Counted from the first letter of the whole stretch, positions 13,347 to 26,653 are shown. The stretch: DNA of 62,992 nucleotides, filler included, from Rhabdomonas costata (GCA_019059605.1; 53 parts of 53 records of this genome joined end to end with filler, not necessarily neighbours in it); one strand, 5' to 3'. The notes: generated by a model not told the origin, from the sequence alone. A program made the numbers and translations.

Positions 13347-15765
13347 ATCTTCTAATATTTGATCTCGCAGGGGGTTAGGAAGCGATGCACATGTCCCCTA
13401 GTAAAAGGTTCACTGCTGAACGTATGCCGATTGTTCTTCAGGCCGAAACTTCGCCTTTTCACTGTACCTTAAATCTAACAGGACAGGAGATTACTCCTAA
13501 AAACGCTCGCACCTTTGGCGCGCAAGGCTTGTTTCCATACCGTATTTTGCTTCCCAGGCCAAACCCCCAACGATGGGCTGCGCTCATCTCCACGTACACT
13601 ACATTTTTGAGACCAGTGGCATAAAAATAGGGTAAAAAGACCTGTGTTCGCAATAATACAATGTTACAGACCAATCTCTCAGTTTGGGGTGGAGCTAGCC
13701 TTATCATAAAACTGGGTAAAGGCCCCCCAGGTCAACGGGGCCGTCTGGTCACGCTTCCCGACCTTTTGGGTCTCCTCCCTCCCGTTTAATCGTGTTTCCA
13801 GCTTCTCGAGTGGTTTTGCGAGCGGAGACCGAGCTTGTGCTGCCCCGCGGCGTCGCGCTCACGGTGCACTTCCCGCCAGCCTTCGCCAGCTCCATTCTTG
13901 GCTCTGCCACTTCCTCTTCGCTGGCGGAGCGGGAAGGGGACAAGCCCTTTGTCCCAAGGGCTGTTCTCCAGCGGGGCTTCCTCTGCCCAACCATCAGCTG
14001 CGCCAGTTCGTAATGGCTTGAGCTGGGGCTACGCCAAGCCGCGGTACTGTGCCGCCGCTCCGTTCCGGAAAAAACGATTTGGCGTACCTAAACTTGCCCG
14101 GTACACAGCAGAAGGCTGAACAAGACTTTGGAGCAGCCCGCACTCCATACTGGACCAAAAAAGCTCTCAACTTCTCCTCATCAGAACACAAAACCNNNNN
14201 NNNNNNNNNNNNNNNNNNNNNNNNNNNNNNNNNNNNNNNTTAATTAATTAANNNNNNNNNNNNNNNNNNNNNNNNNNNNNNNNNNNNNNNNNNNNGCTGC
14301 CGTGTGACGCATTTCGGCGGCGAACGGCCCTTGTGTTTTGTGTAAGTACGGGGAACTTTTTTGGGTTTTGGATGTGGATTTGCATGAGATTTTTGGGTCC
14401 GGGCTGTGGATTTCAGTCCGAACTCGAGGCTCCTCTCTCAACATCTTTTTGTAATTTGACTCTGATTTGGTTCGTGAAGCAAACAACGGGCCAACGCAGC
14501 TGCTAGAGTTACGCGCTCTGATTTGCGGGTCTGTCGGGAGCTCATTTTTCAAGCGAATTTCCTCAAAGCCGGTTAGACGCTGAAATACACAACAGTGCCT
14601 TATTGTTGTTTTTTTGGGCTTTTTTTTGAAAACATGCGATCACAACACCGCCGTTTTCACTTTCCCTCACTTTCCCAAATTTCGAAAAAGAATCTTTCGA
14701 TATATTGAGGGTACGGCGGCTGGCTTGCATGGCGCGTCGAAAGTGTGGTGGGATGTGATTCTCGGCTTGGGGTTTTTGAAAGGACCAAAGGGAACTTCTA
14801 TGAGCGCCGCAGTTCAACTCAAGGGCTCAGTCTTGCAAGTACTGCGACGTACGATACAACAACACAGCTCTTCATTCAAAATCCAAGCACGAAACCCCAT
14901 TGCACTGATTTCCAGAGATTCAAATACAACAGCTCATTGCACCACTTACCATCACCAAATAGAACGTGTAGGGGCTTTACTACCACCGAAAATTCGGAAG
15001 CCGCAATTAAGCTTTTTGATACCAACTTGCGGCCCTGGCAGCGTCTGAAGCAATACTATGGTTATGTTATGCCGCACGCTTGCGTCTGTGCTCGAACAAT
15101 AAGCGGGGCAGGGTGAAATGAATGAGCTCAGTAACGAGCCGACGCACTTCAATGAAGTGAGCAGGACGCGCAACGGTTTCAAATCCATAGCGATCACCCG
15201 CAGTCACTACACGCAGCGTGCACCTCAGCCACACACAGCAATTTGAACGCACTCGAAGCATCAGAGCAGTATCCACGCAGCGCTCTCTCTCCGCTTATCC
15301 CTCGTATACACAGGCCCCACAATGGCCCAAGCAAAGCCCAAAGGCCACCAAAGTCTATCCCATCACAGGCGGTGCCAGGCCCCCAACNNNNNNNNNNNNN
15401 NNNNNNNNNNNNNNNNNNNNNNNNNNNNNNNTTAATTAATTAANNNNNNNNNNNNNNNNNNNNNNNNNNNNNNNNNNNNNNNNNNNNGGGGTGGTGGTTT
15501 TGTCCTCTCTGCATTGCCAAGAAGTTCGAATGAGCCGGATTCGAGCAGAGAGGTCAGGTCTGCCCTAGATTTCGCCCGGTGCCGTTCTCATCTATTTATT
15601 CTAGTGGTAATTTCTACCTTATGTTGCCTAATGTTCGGTTTTTTTTTGCCATCAACGTTTCCGCCTTCCATTTTTCTTGTGCAGGTCGTCCGGAGGCTTT
15701 CGGGATTGCTTCGCGTTCTACCCGGCTGCTTGCTTGTGTGCTGACGGCTGTTTTTTTTCTCACAG

Positions 15766-15861
15766 ATTACTGTGATGTATGTTCGAGTGGTGAATTTTCT
15801 TGAGTTGCTGAGAGTCGACTTCATGGAAACCCTCATGGTGTACCGCAACCTGATCAAGGCG
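15766..15861 (+). CDS. Short exon, possibly the N-terminal strand/helix of a degenerate class III nucleotide cyclase domain
   Basis: Polypyrimidine-cag| ITVMYVRVVNFLELL resembles VTVLFxDIVGFT but lacks the metal-binding Asp. Confidence 0.35.
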
Positions 15862-17041
15862 GTTTGCCTGTGTGAACTCGTCTATGTTACCTCGTTGCTC
15901 GTTGTCTCGTTCCCCAAGAACCCCAGTGTCCCACGCAGCGAAAGGTATAACGGCAACACCCGCAACCCATTTAGGGCTTCACAGCTCAAGCGAGGGGCGC
16001 AAAAGAAGCTGCACAAAAGGGATACAGAAAAGCGGCCGCCAAGGGAACCGAGAGAATCCCCACTGACTGGCCACGCAGCGCGCACACAAAAGACTCCAGG
16101 CCTGTTTCGGCTTTGCCCTCAGGAAGTAGAAGGATGTTGTACTGAATCAGTCCCCCCGCCTCCATAAGCTCAGAGTCTTCAAAATAGTGTGTGTGTGTGT
16201 GGGGGGGGTACAGTCGGGTAGCAGTGGTACCCGTTTAAAGCCCGAAAATATTACGTGCTCCAGCGTTGAGTATCTAGAATCTTAGGCCGCGGAGCGCAGC
16301 GGAGCCGGTATCGGGTACCACCGGTACCGGGTCCCCACCACCACCACTACCAAACTACCTCACTAGAGCAGGGGTTTAGTGTGTAGTAGATGAAGTACTC
16401 CCTCTTAGTGTATAGCTAAGCATATGCCATGTGAACTGCTGCTTGATCCCTTGTTCCTTCTCTGCCCTGCCACAAGCGACTGTGGTAGGCCATTGCCATT
16501 GGGCCAGAGACCTGGCCGCGAGAGGCGGGGGGCCTGGCTTGTACCATTCTGATCCCAACCTCGCTCTCCACACACCACNNNNNNNNNNNNNNNNNNNNNN
16601 NNNNNNNNNNNNNNNNNNNNNNTTAATTAATTAANNNNNNNNNNNNNNNNNNNNNNNNNNNNNNNNNNNNNNNNNNNNGTTGTGTTTTTAAGGAGCATTG
16701 TCCTTCTCTGGCTTCTTCCTTTCGTGCACTTTCACCAGCCATGCGTGGCAGGTTATGGTTGGGGTTCGAATGCGGTAAACAGACTGGCTTGGAGCTGGTT
16801 TGTTGGCCGCTTTTTTTGTGGGGTCCCCATAATACCCGTACGCCGAAGGTTTTTTTAACCCGAAGGGGAAGTGTTTTAATTTTGGAAAAGAGAAAGAAGT
16901 CGAAGGTGCTGACGTATTCTGGCTCGGTCAGCAGTAGTAAAGTATCGCATTCCAGGCGTCAATGGCGGCACACATGGTGGCATCACCGTTTCAGCGGGCT
17001 GCATCTGGCGCCGCTCCGGGGGACTTTTTCCTTTACTGCAG

Positions 17042-17224
17042 GCCCTCGAGGGTCCGATCGCTCGTGCTCAGAAGCGGAAGGACGCGGAGAAGGCCCGCCG
17101 CAGCGCCATGGACGAGCTGACTCGCCAGAGCTGGCAGAGGTCCTTCATCATGAAGTTTTACCCCGTGGCCCCACCTGGCGTCCACCACAGCCCGTACATC
17201 AACCGCTACCTCGGCAAGGCCAAG
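17042..17224 (+). CDS. Internal exon of unknown protein
   Basis: tttttcctttactgcag| acceptor, then strongly GC3-biased ALEGPIARAQKRKDAEKARRSAMDEL...HHSPYINRYLGKAK. The 3' boundary is uncertain. Confidence 0.6.
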
Positions 17225-17964
17225 GCACCTCCCATCTCCTTCCCCAACCTTCTTTCACCCTTTCACCCGTATCCCGCCTTTCTTGGGGTGCATTGGGTTA
17301 GCGGCTCCCGCGGCATAAGAACTGATTTATTTTCCATCACTCCGGCACCCCGTTTCTGCGGCCTGCCCGTTGTATTTGACCCCTGCAAACTCTCTCTCGT
17401 TCACTACAGGATCCCATTCTCATTTCTGGCCCCGGGCCGCCGGATCGAATCACCGCCATCACCTCCAGCGGCACACCGGACGCTGTGGATCGTCGCTGAC
17501 CATCGTCATTTTGGCCATCATCATCAGACCACGCAATTTTTGTATCCTAAGACGGTCTCCTCCCCTTCTCCGACAGTAAGACGTTAACCTATCGGCCCTC
17601 CAGATCAGTTCCATCTGTCAACCTGTGATACTTTCTGGCATTTTTTGAGGCACGTTTCCCGGCCGCTTCAAAGGTTGTGCTGCCCGAGCAGCCCAAGGTG
17701 GCTTCCTCCTTCTTCCCTTCGTTCCCCTCCTTCCCGCCCGCTCCTGAACCCGTGGCGACCCCAAACCCCNNNNNNNNNNNNNNNNNNNNNNNNNNNNNNN
17801 NNNNNNNNNNNNNTTAATTAATTAANNNNNNNNNNNNNNNNNNNNNNNNNNNNNNNNNNNNNNNNNNNNTACTGGGTCTAACACCATTGTCTAGATCACT
17901 TGAATTGAACAATGAATGCGCTTTTCGTCGCATTTCCTTAATAATGTCTAACACAAATGTATTT

Positions 17965-18047
17965 TGCCCGTTTAACTTCAAAACTGAGAGGTGGAAAACC
18001 GTTTCCAAAAAAAGGAGACATTTCGGACTTACAGAGATTTGGAGGGG
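17965..18047 (+). repeat. Diverged dispersed repeat shared with 19115-19197
   Basis: Colinear blocks tgcccgttt, tcaaaact, ggaaaac, aaaaaa(g)gagac/aaaaaagac, ttacag and ttggagggg occur in two different contigs. Confidence 0.6.
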
Positions 18048-19942
18048 TGGTGGGTGTAAGTGTTCAATTTTTGCCCACATGGTCTGAATAAAATGCGCCT
18101 GTAAGTGTTTCATGAAGAATTTGGGTGGGTGAGTTGGGTGCCTTTTTTGAACCAGAGAAATAATTGCCGAAATTGTTGCTGGCAGTAGTTGCTTTAAGGC
18201 AACTTAAGTAAACTATTCATTTTGGTGTGCATTTTTCCTCGAAACAGGTCATATTTGTACATTATTCCGAATGGCAAACGGTTCCACGTCCTTTGGAATA
18301 CGTTTGCCTTGTGTGCTTCCAAAACTACCTTGGTTGTTTTTTTCCTCTTTCTGAGAAACAAAACATCTCGACCCACACTTAACTTGTAATCATCCCTCTT
18401 GGAAATGGCATATGATTCACCTTTTCCATCAAATGAATCCAGGATTTTCTTCCAAATTGCCTTCGTTCTATTGACCTAGTACATCACTAAAGCTCTCGAT
18501 GCTGTTCATATCATTCCAAAACACTTAATTATACATGTAGTTGATGTAACATTGACTTTACTCCGTGTTTGTAATGGGTTTATTGACCGCAATCTTCACC
18601 AACACCAAAATGTCCACAAATGTGCACCCTGATGATAATAAATCAATTCTGTCATCACCTATTTCATGGTATGTATTGTCCTTTCGACGCAAAGATCGTA
18701 TCTCTGTCGCTCACTATACATCTCGGCAACCACTGTACATATAAATGGCATAAATAAAAATGATGGGCCACAAGACAAAGGCTGAAGTCAAGAAGTAGTC
18801 ACGGGAAGAAACCTTCTAGTACACAATACAACACAACAACACAATGAAAGAATCAGCGTCATCAGGGAGGTTCTGACGCCACTGCAAATCCTTGACATTA
18901 GCCTCAAGATTGTTAGTCCTCTTGCTCTGAGGAAGGTCTTCAGCCTACCCCAACCCCCCNNNNNNNNNNNNNNNNNNNNNNNNNNNNNNNNNNNNNNNNN
19001 NNNTTAATTAATTAANNNNNNNNNNNNNNNNNNNNNNNNNNNNNNNNNNNNNNNNNNNNGGGTTTGGGTGTGTCCCATAGGACAAGATATTTCTTCTCAG
19101 CAGCGGCAATACAGTGCCCGTTTCACCTCAAAACTTGGGTTGGGAAAACATTTCTACAAAAAAAGACGTTTTGGAGTTACAGGGGTTTGGAGGGGGAGAT
19201 TTTCCCCTCCATTATCTAAATGTAATGCTTTGTGGCTGTTTTTTGAATTTGTGTTGGTGCCTTGCAACTTGTTGGGGTGCCCTTTTTCTAATTTAGAGAA
19301 TTTCCCATATTTTGATGATAGAGATTGCTCAAAGGAAATTGAAAAAATCGTGTAAATTGACGTTTATGTTTCTTCTGGGGTTTTGAGTGTTTGCTGTTTT
19401 CGTCAATTGCCCGTTTCCTTGTGGGTGGGAATTCATGAGGTTAGGGTTGGGTCTGGGTGCAAAGAGAATTGGTTCCCCATGACCCCTCATCACAGTGTGA
19501 CGTGCGGAGTCCTGCCTGGCGGTCATCAGATCCGACTTTTTCGAGACTGCGGGGAGCACTGTCACCGTCACCGGTGCTGTACTGTCGAGCGATGTTCGAT
19601 CGCTTCTTTACACGAAAATGGACCCATCACCCGATCGCCACGTTCCCAGACCTCGTGTTTCGGGGCTTTCTCTTGTGGGATTGGTTACAGGCAACAGTTC
19701 GCTCAAGAATTCCCAGGGTAATCCGCAGGATCTCTAACTTTAAACTGAAGACCTTACGAGACAGGTTCGCACCAAGGAAGGTGGGTAGCAGGATGAGGTC
19801 AATTGTCCTCGGGCCCGGCGCTCGCGGAATTTGGTTGAGGAAAAATGATAAACTGGCGGGCATAACAGCTAAGGAGACAACAACAGCACCGCGCACTGAT
19901 CAGTGCACAGTGGGCGGCGAAAACAGCTCAAAAACGGCATAC

Positions 19943-20150
19943 GTGGGGACAAACAGACGCGGAGCGCGGAGCTCAGCACGGCCGGGGGAAGCGGGTTGCT
20001 GCCTTCCCGCGATGGGCTGGCCGTGGCGAAGAGCCGGAAGTTGGGGTGCACCTCCCGCACATCCAGCCGCATGGCCTTGCAGACCTCCGGGGTCAGGTTG
20101 CCTTCCATTGCGGGCCGAAGGTAGCTCAGCACGAGGGGCGGGGCGAGGTT
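19943..20150 (-). CDS. Midasin/dynein-related AAA+ domain exon
   Basis: VHPNFRLFATASPSREGSNPLPPAVLS matches the MoxR/midasin-type HPNFRLFATxNP...LxxAL sensor-1 region. gtatgc donor. Confidence 0.6.
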
Positions 20151-20592
20151 NNNNNNNNNNNNNNNNNNNNNNNNNNNNNNNNNNNNNNNNNNNNTTAATT
20201 AATTAANNNNNNNNNNNNNNNNNNNNNNNNNNNNNNNNNNNNNNNNNNNNTGTGTTGGGTGTGGGTGGTGTTTGGGGGAGCAAGCGTTTATCCCGCAAGC
20301 ATTCAGATTATCGAGAGCAAGAGTGTGCCAAGACCGTGAGAGTGTGCAATGCATATGTGAGTTGCGAAAATACAGCAGAAACAATGGACTTGCAGCCACA
20401 ACGGTGGGGGCATGAGCCCACTGGCTCAATATCAACAACACGGAGGAAAACCCACCAACACCCAACACCGAACTCGCCACTGATTGCAGCGCTGCGCGCG
20501 CCCACAAAATACTCCTCGCACCCCTTCATTCCTTGGAACCTCACAAAGACATGCACTCAAACAGCCGCAAAGAAACAGACGAGGGTTCTTCA

Positions 20593-20797
20593 TCACTTCA
20601 TTCCGAAGCGCTGCAGGAGCTGCTGCTCCAAGCGCTCAATCTCGAGGTCGTCCAGCTCGGCCTGAGTGAGGGGACGCTCTGGCAGGGACGGCGAGGCCGC
20701 CGCGGCGTCGCCCCCACAGCCATCCTCTTGAACTACGGGCACGTCTGCCTTGTGGGCATCTGCCGGGGGCGCAGGGTCCACATCCGAGTCCACGAAA
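20593..20797 (-). CDS. Terminal exon of unknown acidic protein
   Basis: ctcag| acceptor, GC3-rich frame ending LTQAELDDLEIERLEQQLLQRFGMK*. Confidence 0.55.
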
Positions 20798-23289
20798 TCT
20801 GAGCAGAGAAAGCAAATGCAGAATCACCGCACAGGATAAAAAGGACAGCACACTCATAAAACGTAGACTTGGGAGATGGGAGACTAGGGAGACCTCTATC
20901 AACAACCACGGTGACTCGAGGCAAGCTCAGGTCGGACGCACGAACAGAAGGCCAACACCCTTTCCAAGAGGTCAAAAGACTGCAGCTGACCCACCCGTGT
21001 AGCTGGTAAGCCATCGGGTCAAAGCATCATAAATATGCTCCTTTAGTCAGCACAGACCTTCTTGAGGGGGTTCCACCGGAGCTGGGTCCGGCCTTGCTAC
21101 GGCCTTCGGGCAGGACAGCTGGTGCAGCCGAAGGTTTTTAGCGGTGACCGGGGCCCCGCACTGCGGGCATTCCACGGGGCGGTACACACAGTGTTGTAGG
21201 TGGGCCTCGGACTGCGCTCGGGACTCAAAGCCGTGGCCACAGTACGGACAGTCCGTCTGAAAGCCAAAAACCTTATCTGCGAATAATGAGTTTCATGGGG
21301 AGCTCGCAATGCTTTTGTACGTACCAGTGGCCCCAAACCTTNNNNNNNNNNNNNNNNNNNNNNNNNNNNNNNNNNNNNNNNNNNNTTAATTAATTAANNN
21401 NNNNNNNNNNNNNNNNNNNNNNNNNNNNNNNNNNNNNNNNNCACTGCTCGCCGCGATTGCGGACCCTGACGACACCGCAGTTGAGGGGGTGCCCTTGAGC
21501 GGCCTGCTGAATCCATTCCTGTTCAACAGCCCTGTCGGGATCGGCTTCATTGGGGGTGCGATGCCCACGCGCCACACACTCACACACATGCTCGTAGTTC
21601 CGGTCCTCCACCACACTTATGGTTTTCCCCATACTCACAAGCCACACATCGTCGCACGCAACCACAGAGGGTTCTGAGCGTTTCCGGGTTGGAATAGCCC
21701 CAAATTGAATAGTAAATATCTCCTTAAGGCATGTTTCGTGTACAGGCAACCAAATTGCGGAGCCACCCAAGCGAAGTACTCATATATCATCAAACGCTTT
21801 TTGCTTTGATCGGGGATATTGAACGACCGCGCACCGCCCCTCAGGCCTGTTAGTCCTAATGCACATTTTCTGTTCTGCAACAGCTGATTTGTGTGCTTGT
21901 CGCACCAGTGGTTCACGGGGGGCAGAGTGCTGTGCCTCGCATGTGTATGATGCTTGATGCTTGAGTTCTCTCGAGGACCTCTGCAAGAGCGGTGGACATG
22001 GGAAGCCGGAAGCGCAAAGTTCTTGTGCGACCCCTCCTGGATGACCGCTCCACCAAATCTCCTCCGCATATTGCAGAGGGAGAGGGTGGAAATGATCTGG
22101 TCGTGCGTACAAGCCTGCGCACCCCGACATTAATTCGAGATCACTGCGCATGCCCCCTTACCCCGCATTTGTGTTTTCTATTACATACCCCAGACACAAG
22201 CGTTGTCTTATTCTCTGATTCGCAGGTGCCGCCAATCAGCAGGATTGTGAGCTGACCTTCCGCCATGTCTCCCGCTCCCCGACCCTCATGTACACTTTAC
22301 TGCAGTGCCGAGCTCTGCTGCAGAATGGAAATGGGGCGGGCTCCGAGACGGAGACCAGCCTCACTGAGCAAGAGATGCTATGCTTCCGGGGGCTCGCAGC
22401 GTGTCCTAGGCATGCGCTTATCTCCGTCGTCCCGTGCCAGTCTGTGTGGGTGTGGGTGTTCTAAACAGACTGGGCTCAATGTTGGAGCTCCGTAACACCA
22501 CGGTGGAATGCGTCGTTGCCATTGAGGTTTCCNNNNNNNNNNNNNNNNNNNNNNNNNNNNNNNNNNNNNNNNNNNNTTAATTAATTAANNNNNNNNNNNN
22601 NNNNNNNNNNNNNNNNNNNNNNNNNNNNNNNNGTTTTGTGGTGAGCCAAACGTATTCCCTGATTCCCTGGTAGCCAGGGAGGTTCGTCCTTTTTCCGCCA
22701 TTCAGCGAACATTACACTCCCGCTGTGATGTGATTGCAAAATTTGGACACAACGCGGGGTGGTCATTTCAAATTATGAGTCCCTTAAATACTGGACTCTG
22801 GGCAATGTGACAGGCAGTCTGCTAGAGGTCTTCCGGTAAGTGAAAAAATCCCTTAAGGTTTGAGGTTCCCTTTCTTTTCCAAGATGATGGGGCAAGAAAT
22901 GCAGAGATTACCCGTTTTTCAGGGACACAGTTCAATGTCGATTGGCCTCAACAGGTGACTGAATTCGATTTTGCATTTTGCTTACGGGTGAATTCCTCGT
23001 CTTCTTGCTTTATTCACGGACATTTGATCACGGCACTGCGAATTCTTCCCATCGCTCCACACCCCCCTCTCTGTTTTGCTATTTGTTTTTGGTGCTATGG
23101 TTTGGCTTTGGGGTGCGAGGAGGCTAGGTCAGCGATAACTGGAGCTTCGGTTGCCGGGATGTGGGACTTGGGCACTTCCATAAGACACGAATCGAAATAT
23201 GCGGTGATATGTTCTCGGTGTTCACAGACGTTTTGGCCCATCTTGCTGTGCTGACATCTCGCGCACTTTTTCATTTATTCTCCATTCCA

Positions 23290-23574
23290 ATGGTAAATCT
23301 TCGGATTGCGGTATTGGCCGCAACTGCTCTCTTGGCTGCGGTGCACGTAGTTCGTACTCCACAGGCCCGAGTCCCTCCGGAACCGTTTCCGGAGACCGAT
23401 GAATGCCTCAAAGCCATCTCCGCCGTCGCCGCGTACGACGAGCGGTTTGAAAATCGGTTAGCCCACAAGGTATCACTGGCCGCCAAGGCCCGCACCGCGA
23501 AGGAGTTCGACGAGCTCATGCAGCAGCAGCAAGAGAATGGTACGAAGTTCGGCTGCATCTATGCCATGGGCTGG
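23290..23574 (+). CDS. First exon of a secreted or type II membrane protein of unknown function
   Basis: MVNLRIAVLAATALLAAVHVV hydrophobic N-terminus, GC3-rich codons, gtgtct donor at 23575. Confidence 0.55.
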
Positions 23575-24202
23575 GTGTCTGAGGTCTTTGAGGGACTGCA
23601 GCGGCAGTGGCTGGTATTGTCTTGCCCCATTGCTCTTTTTGAACACAGGGAAAGGCCTTAAAAGAATGCTCCTTTCCTTCTCGGCCACCGTCTCTTGTCT
23701 CTCTAATTTGACCACCCCACCCCNNNNNNNNNNNNNNNNNNNNNNNNNNNNNNNNNNNNNNNNNNNNTTAATTAATTAANNNNNNNNNNNNNNNNNNNNN
23801 NNNNNNNNNNNNNNNNNNNNNNNTTTTTCTGGGGATGAAACCAACTTGAAAATTTGGTTCCGGCAACGCGGCCACATTGTACTGCAACGTCTGCCCCAAT
23901 CGCAATTCGTTTCGCCAAGCAAATTTTCCCACACAGTGCTCGAGGAAACCCGAACACACCACCAAGCACACATACTGGTTGCACTGAGCAGAAAAAAAAC
24001 GAAAAGGGGAGTCGCAGATCGGCTGGCCAGAGCTGTAACGCCCCTTTCCGGTTCAGCTAAATATGGACTCCAATTCCCTCTTTACAAAGAGAAAAACAAC
24101 AAACAAAAGCAAGAAAAGGGTTATAGCAGAACATAGATTATAGCAGGTGACGGCAACAGATGTCGAGCACCCCCATCAAGGGCAGGGGCCAATTCGCTGA
24201 AG

Positions 24203-24694
24203 CTATGGCTCCTCCAGGAAGGCATCCGCTGAGCAATGGGAGTGTGACCGAGGTCCTGGGCCTGACAAGTCCGTCAGCTCGACGACTGTTATGATGGATT
24301 CAGGACTGGGGCTGGACGCGCAGCAGGTTCCCGGGAGATTCCCTGTTTGTCCCTTTTGTGCCGCGGTGGGGGAAAGGGCCGAGAGGTTGGAGAGGGACAC
24401 TTCTTGAGGGGAGGGGCGCACAGCGTTGCGGCCGCGGCTGGCGTAACTGTGCACGCTGCCGGAACGGTGGGAGGTGCGAAAGCTGTGGAGGGCGGAGGTC
24501 GGTGCGCCGCTGCGCCGGCGAGAGGAGCCCAGGTTGGACCTGAGCGCGGGTTGTTGGCCCACGTCGGCGTCGCACTTTGGGCAGGACAGGGCCATCTGGC
24601 ACCGGTCGCAGCACAGGTCTTTGGGAAGGGGAAAGCTCCGCGCTGATAGCTCGTGGGGGAGGATGTGCACAAGGTGCACCAAGCCCGATAGACC
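24203..24694 (-). CDS. Terminal exon, likely the end of a class III adenylate cyclase domain plus a Ser-rich tail
   Basis: ttccag|GLSGLVHLVHILPHELSARSFP resembles the LxGxxxxVxLxQxxPxxLxxRxFP end of euglenozoan receptor cyclases. Followed by CCDRC..CPKC and a low-complexity tail. Confidence 0.5.
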   Translation of the reverse strand, partial: GLSGLVHLVHILPHELSARSFPLPKDLCCDRCQMALSCPKCDADVGQQPALRSNLGSSRRRSGAPTSALHSFRTSHRSGSVHSYASRGRNAVRPSPQEVSLSNLSALSPTAAQKGQTGNLPGTCCASSPSPESIITVVELTDLSGPGPRSHSHCSADAFLEEP

Positions 24695-26514
24695 TGGAAG
24701 ACCCCCCCCCCCCAATTTCCCAAGGAAACAAAGCAAACAAGGCCGCAGAGAGGGCACACTTAATCAGAGCGAACGGCAATATCCATGGCGATAGGACGGG
24801 ACCGGGAAGTAGGACAAAAACAAAAACAAAAACAAAAGCAAAAACAAAACACAGCTTCCACATGTCAACAGCCTGCGGCGCACATAAATTACAGGCATAC
24901 TCACACATACACATNNNNNNNNNNNNNNNNNNNNNNNNNNNNNNNNNNNNNNNNNNNNTTAATTAATTAANNNNNNNNNNNNNNNNNNNNNNNNNNNNNN
25001 NNNNNNNNNNNNNNGTTGGTTTTGTCAATTACTTTTCCAGTGCGGAAAGTAGCTAACAGAAAAAGCAGCGATTCTTTCCCAACAATGGCCTTGCAAGGTG
25101 GTGCTCGAAATCTGCGGCCACTGAAGTTGCCTGTGACGTCCACTCTTTTTTCAGAGCTTCCGTGTCTCTCCCGGGTTCTCCTTTCGGAGGCCTCCCTCGT
25201 CGGCCATCTCGCCGGTCACGACGCCGATGATGATTCCTGCGGGCGAGGTTCCGGTGGGGGTTGCTTTTTTGCTACGAACGAGTGACACCGTGAGATTGGG
25301 GTGCATGGTGGTGCCTTCGACGCGGGCAAGTACTGGCACACTGGCGTAAACCAAATGGGCCGGAACCGCATATTTTTTTTTCAAGATTTATGGAGATCAA
25401 GAATATTTTCCCAGCGGTAATATATACTTTCAGCGGTAGTATCGAACCCCCGGGCATCAGGTCAGAAAGGAGAGAACCCGGAACCCTTGTTGGATTTTTG
25501 AACTTGCTTTGTTCCAAACCTTGTTACGTTTAAGTAAGCTGCAACACAACACGTGGCTGGGTTCAAAGCCCAATAATACGCACTTCACCAAGACCTGGCG
25601 TAACCAGATGCAAACTCGCTTCAAAACTCAACAATGAGAAATCTCCCGAGAAAAAACTTCGCCTTTGGCGCCCACGGCACTTTGCAGCACTCCGTTTCTA
25701 ACTGTTTAATCTGTGATAACTGTGTAACCCTCTCTTAAAACGATAAAAAATGTTTTTAACTGTTTAACTGAACATTTTTCGGGTTCAATGGAAAGCATGT
25801 TCCCATACAAGGGCATTTCTATAGGGTAAAAAATATTTTGGTTGGAAACCCGTTAAATACCATGTTTTGAGCTTTCGGTTTGAACTTACCTTTATTGTCA
25901 TATCAACCACGTACTATATAGGGCTACTTTTGGACCCGCCCTCGCCCTCGCAACACTCGCGAAAGGCAGTGCTGCGGCTCCGTTTGGGGTGCAGGGGTGC
26001 GGCATGGATGGGAGTTGAGTTGGATTGGGTCGTGTTATTCCTGAAGGGCTTCCGACCCCCGGCGGGACTGGCGGGCGCCTCCCCGAACAGCCTGACCCCC
26101 AAAACNNNNNNNNNNNNNNNNNNNNNNNNNNNNNNNNNNNNNNNNNNNNTTAATTAATTAANNNNNNNNNNNNNNNNNNNNNNNNNNNNNNNNNNNNNNN
26201 NNNNNGGGGTGGGTATGGCAACTGCCATGGAGGTACTCCTTTGCCCAACCCACCCACTCTCTCACGGAAACGTTTCTGTTTTTCCTTTGAGGAAAAATAT
26301 ATACATCGTTTTTGTGTGCCCTCTTGCCGAAAGGAGATGCAAAGTACGGATTCGGCTAAGTAGTGGACCACAAGGACGGAGGGACCCTCCCCGAAAAGAG
26401 ACCAGTACGACTGCGGCCACAACTTAAGCAGATCAGGAGAAATGTTGGTACGCTGGACCGGCGGACAAGTCCTTCTGTTTTTTTTTTTGCTTTTGTGCGA
26501 TGCTGGCTCGGCAG

Positions 26515-26653
26515 GTTCTGCTGCGAGTGGCGCGGTACCGCGACGTGCTCTTCCTGGAGAAGGACTGGCAGGTGCCCCTGGAGGTGCTCACCGGAGTGGC
26601 GGTGCGGCAGGCTCTGGGGGAGGCCAGGACACTTTTGGAGCCCCCCGTCAGGC
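26515..26653 (+). CDS. Internal exon of unknown protein
   Basis: cag|VLLRVARYRDVLFLEKDWQVPLEVLTG..., GC3-rich, gtgcgc donor. Confidence 0.5.

Noticed and set aside
25430-25460. B-box/T-loop-like motifs (ggttcgatac on the minus strand here, also ~25560 and ~37960) as tRNA genes
   Set aside because: No acceptor, D or anticodon stems could be built.
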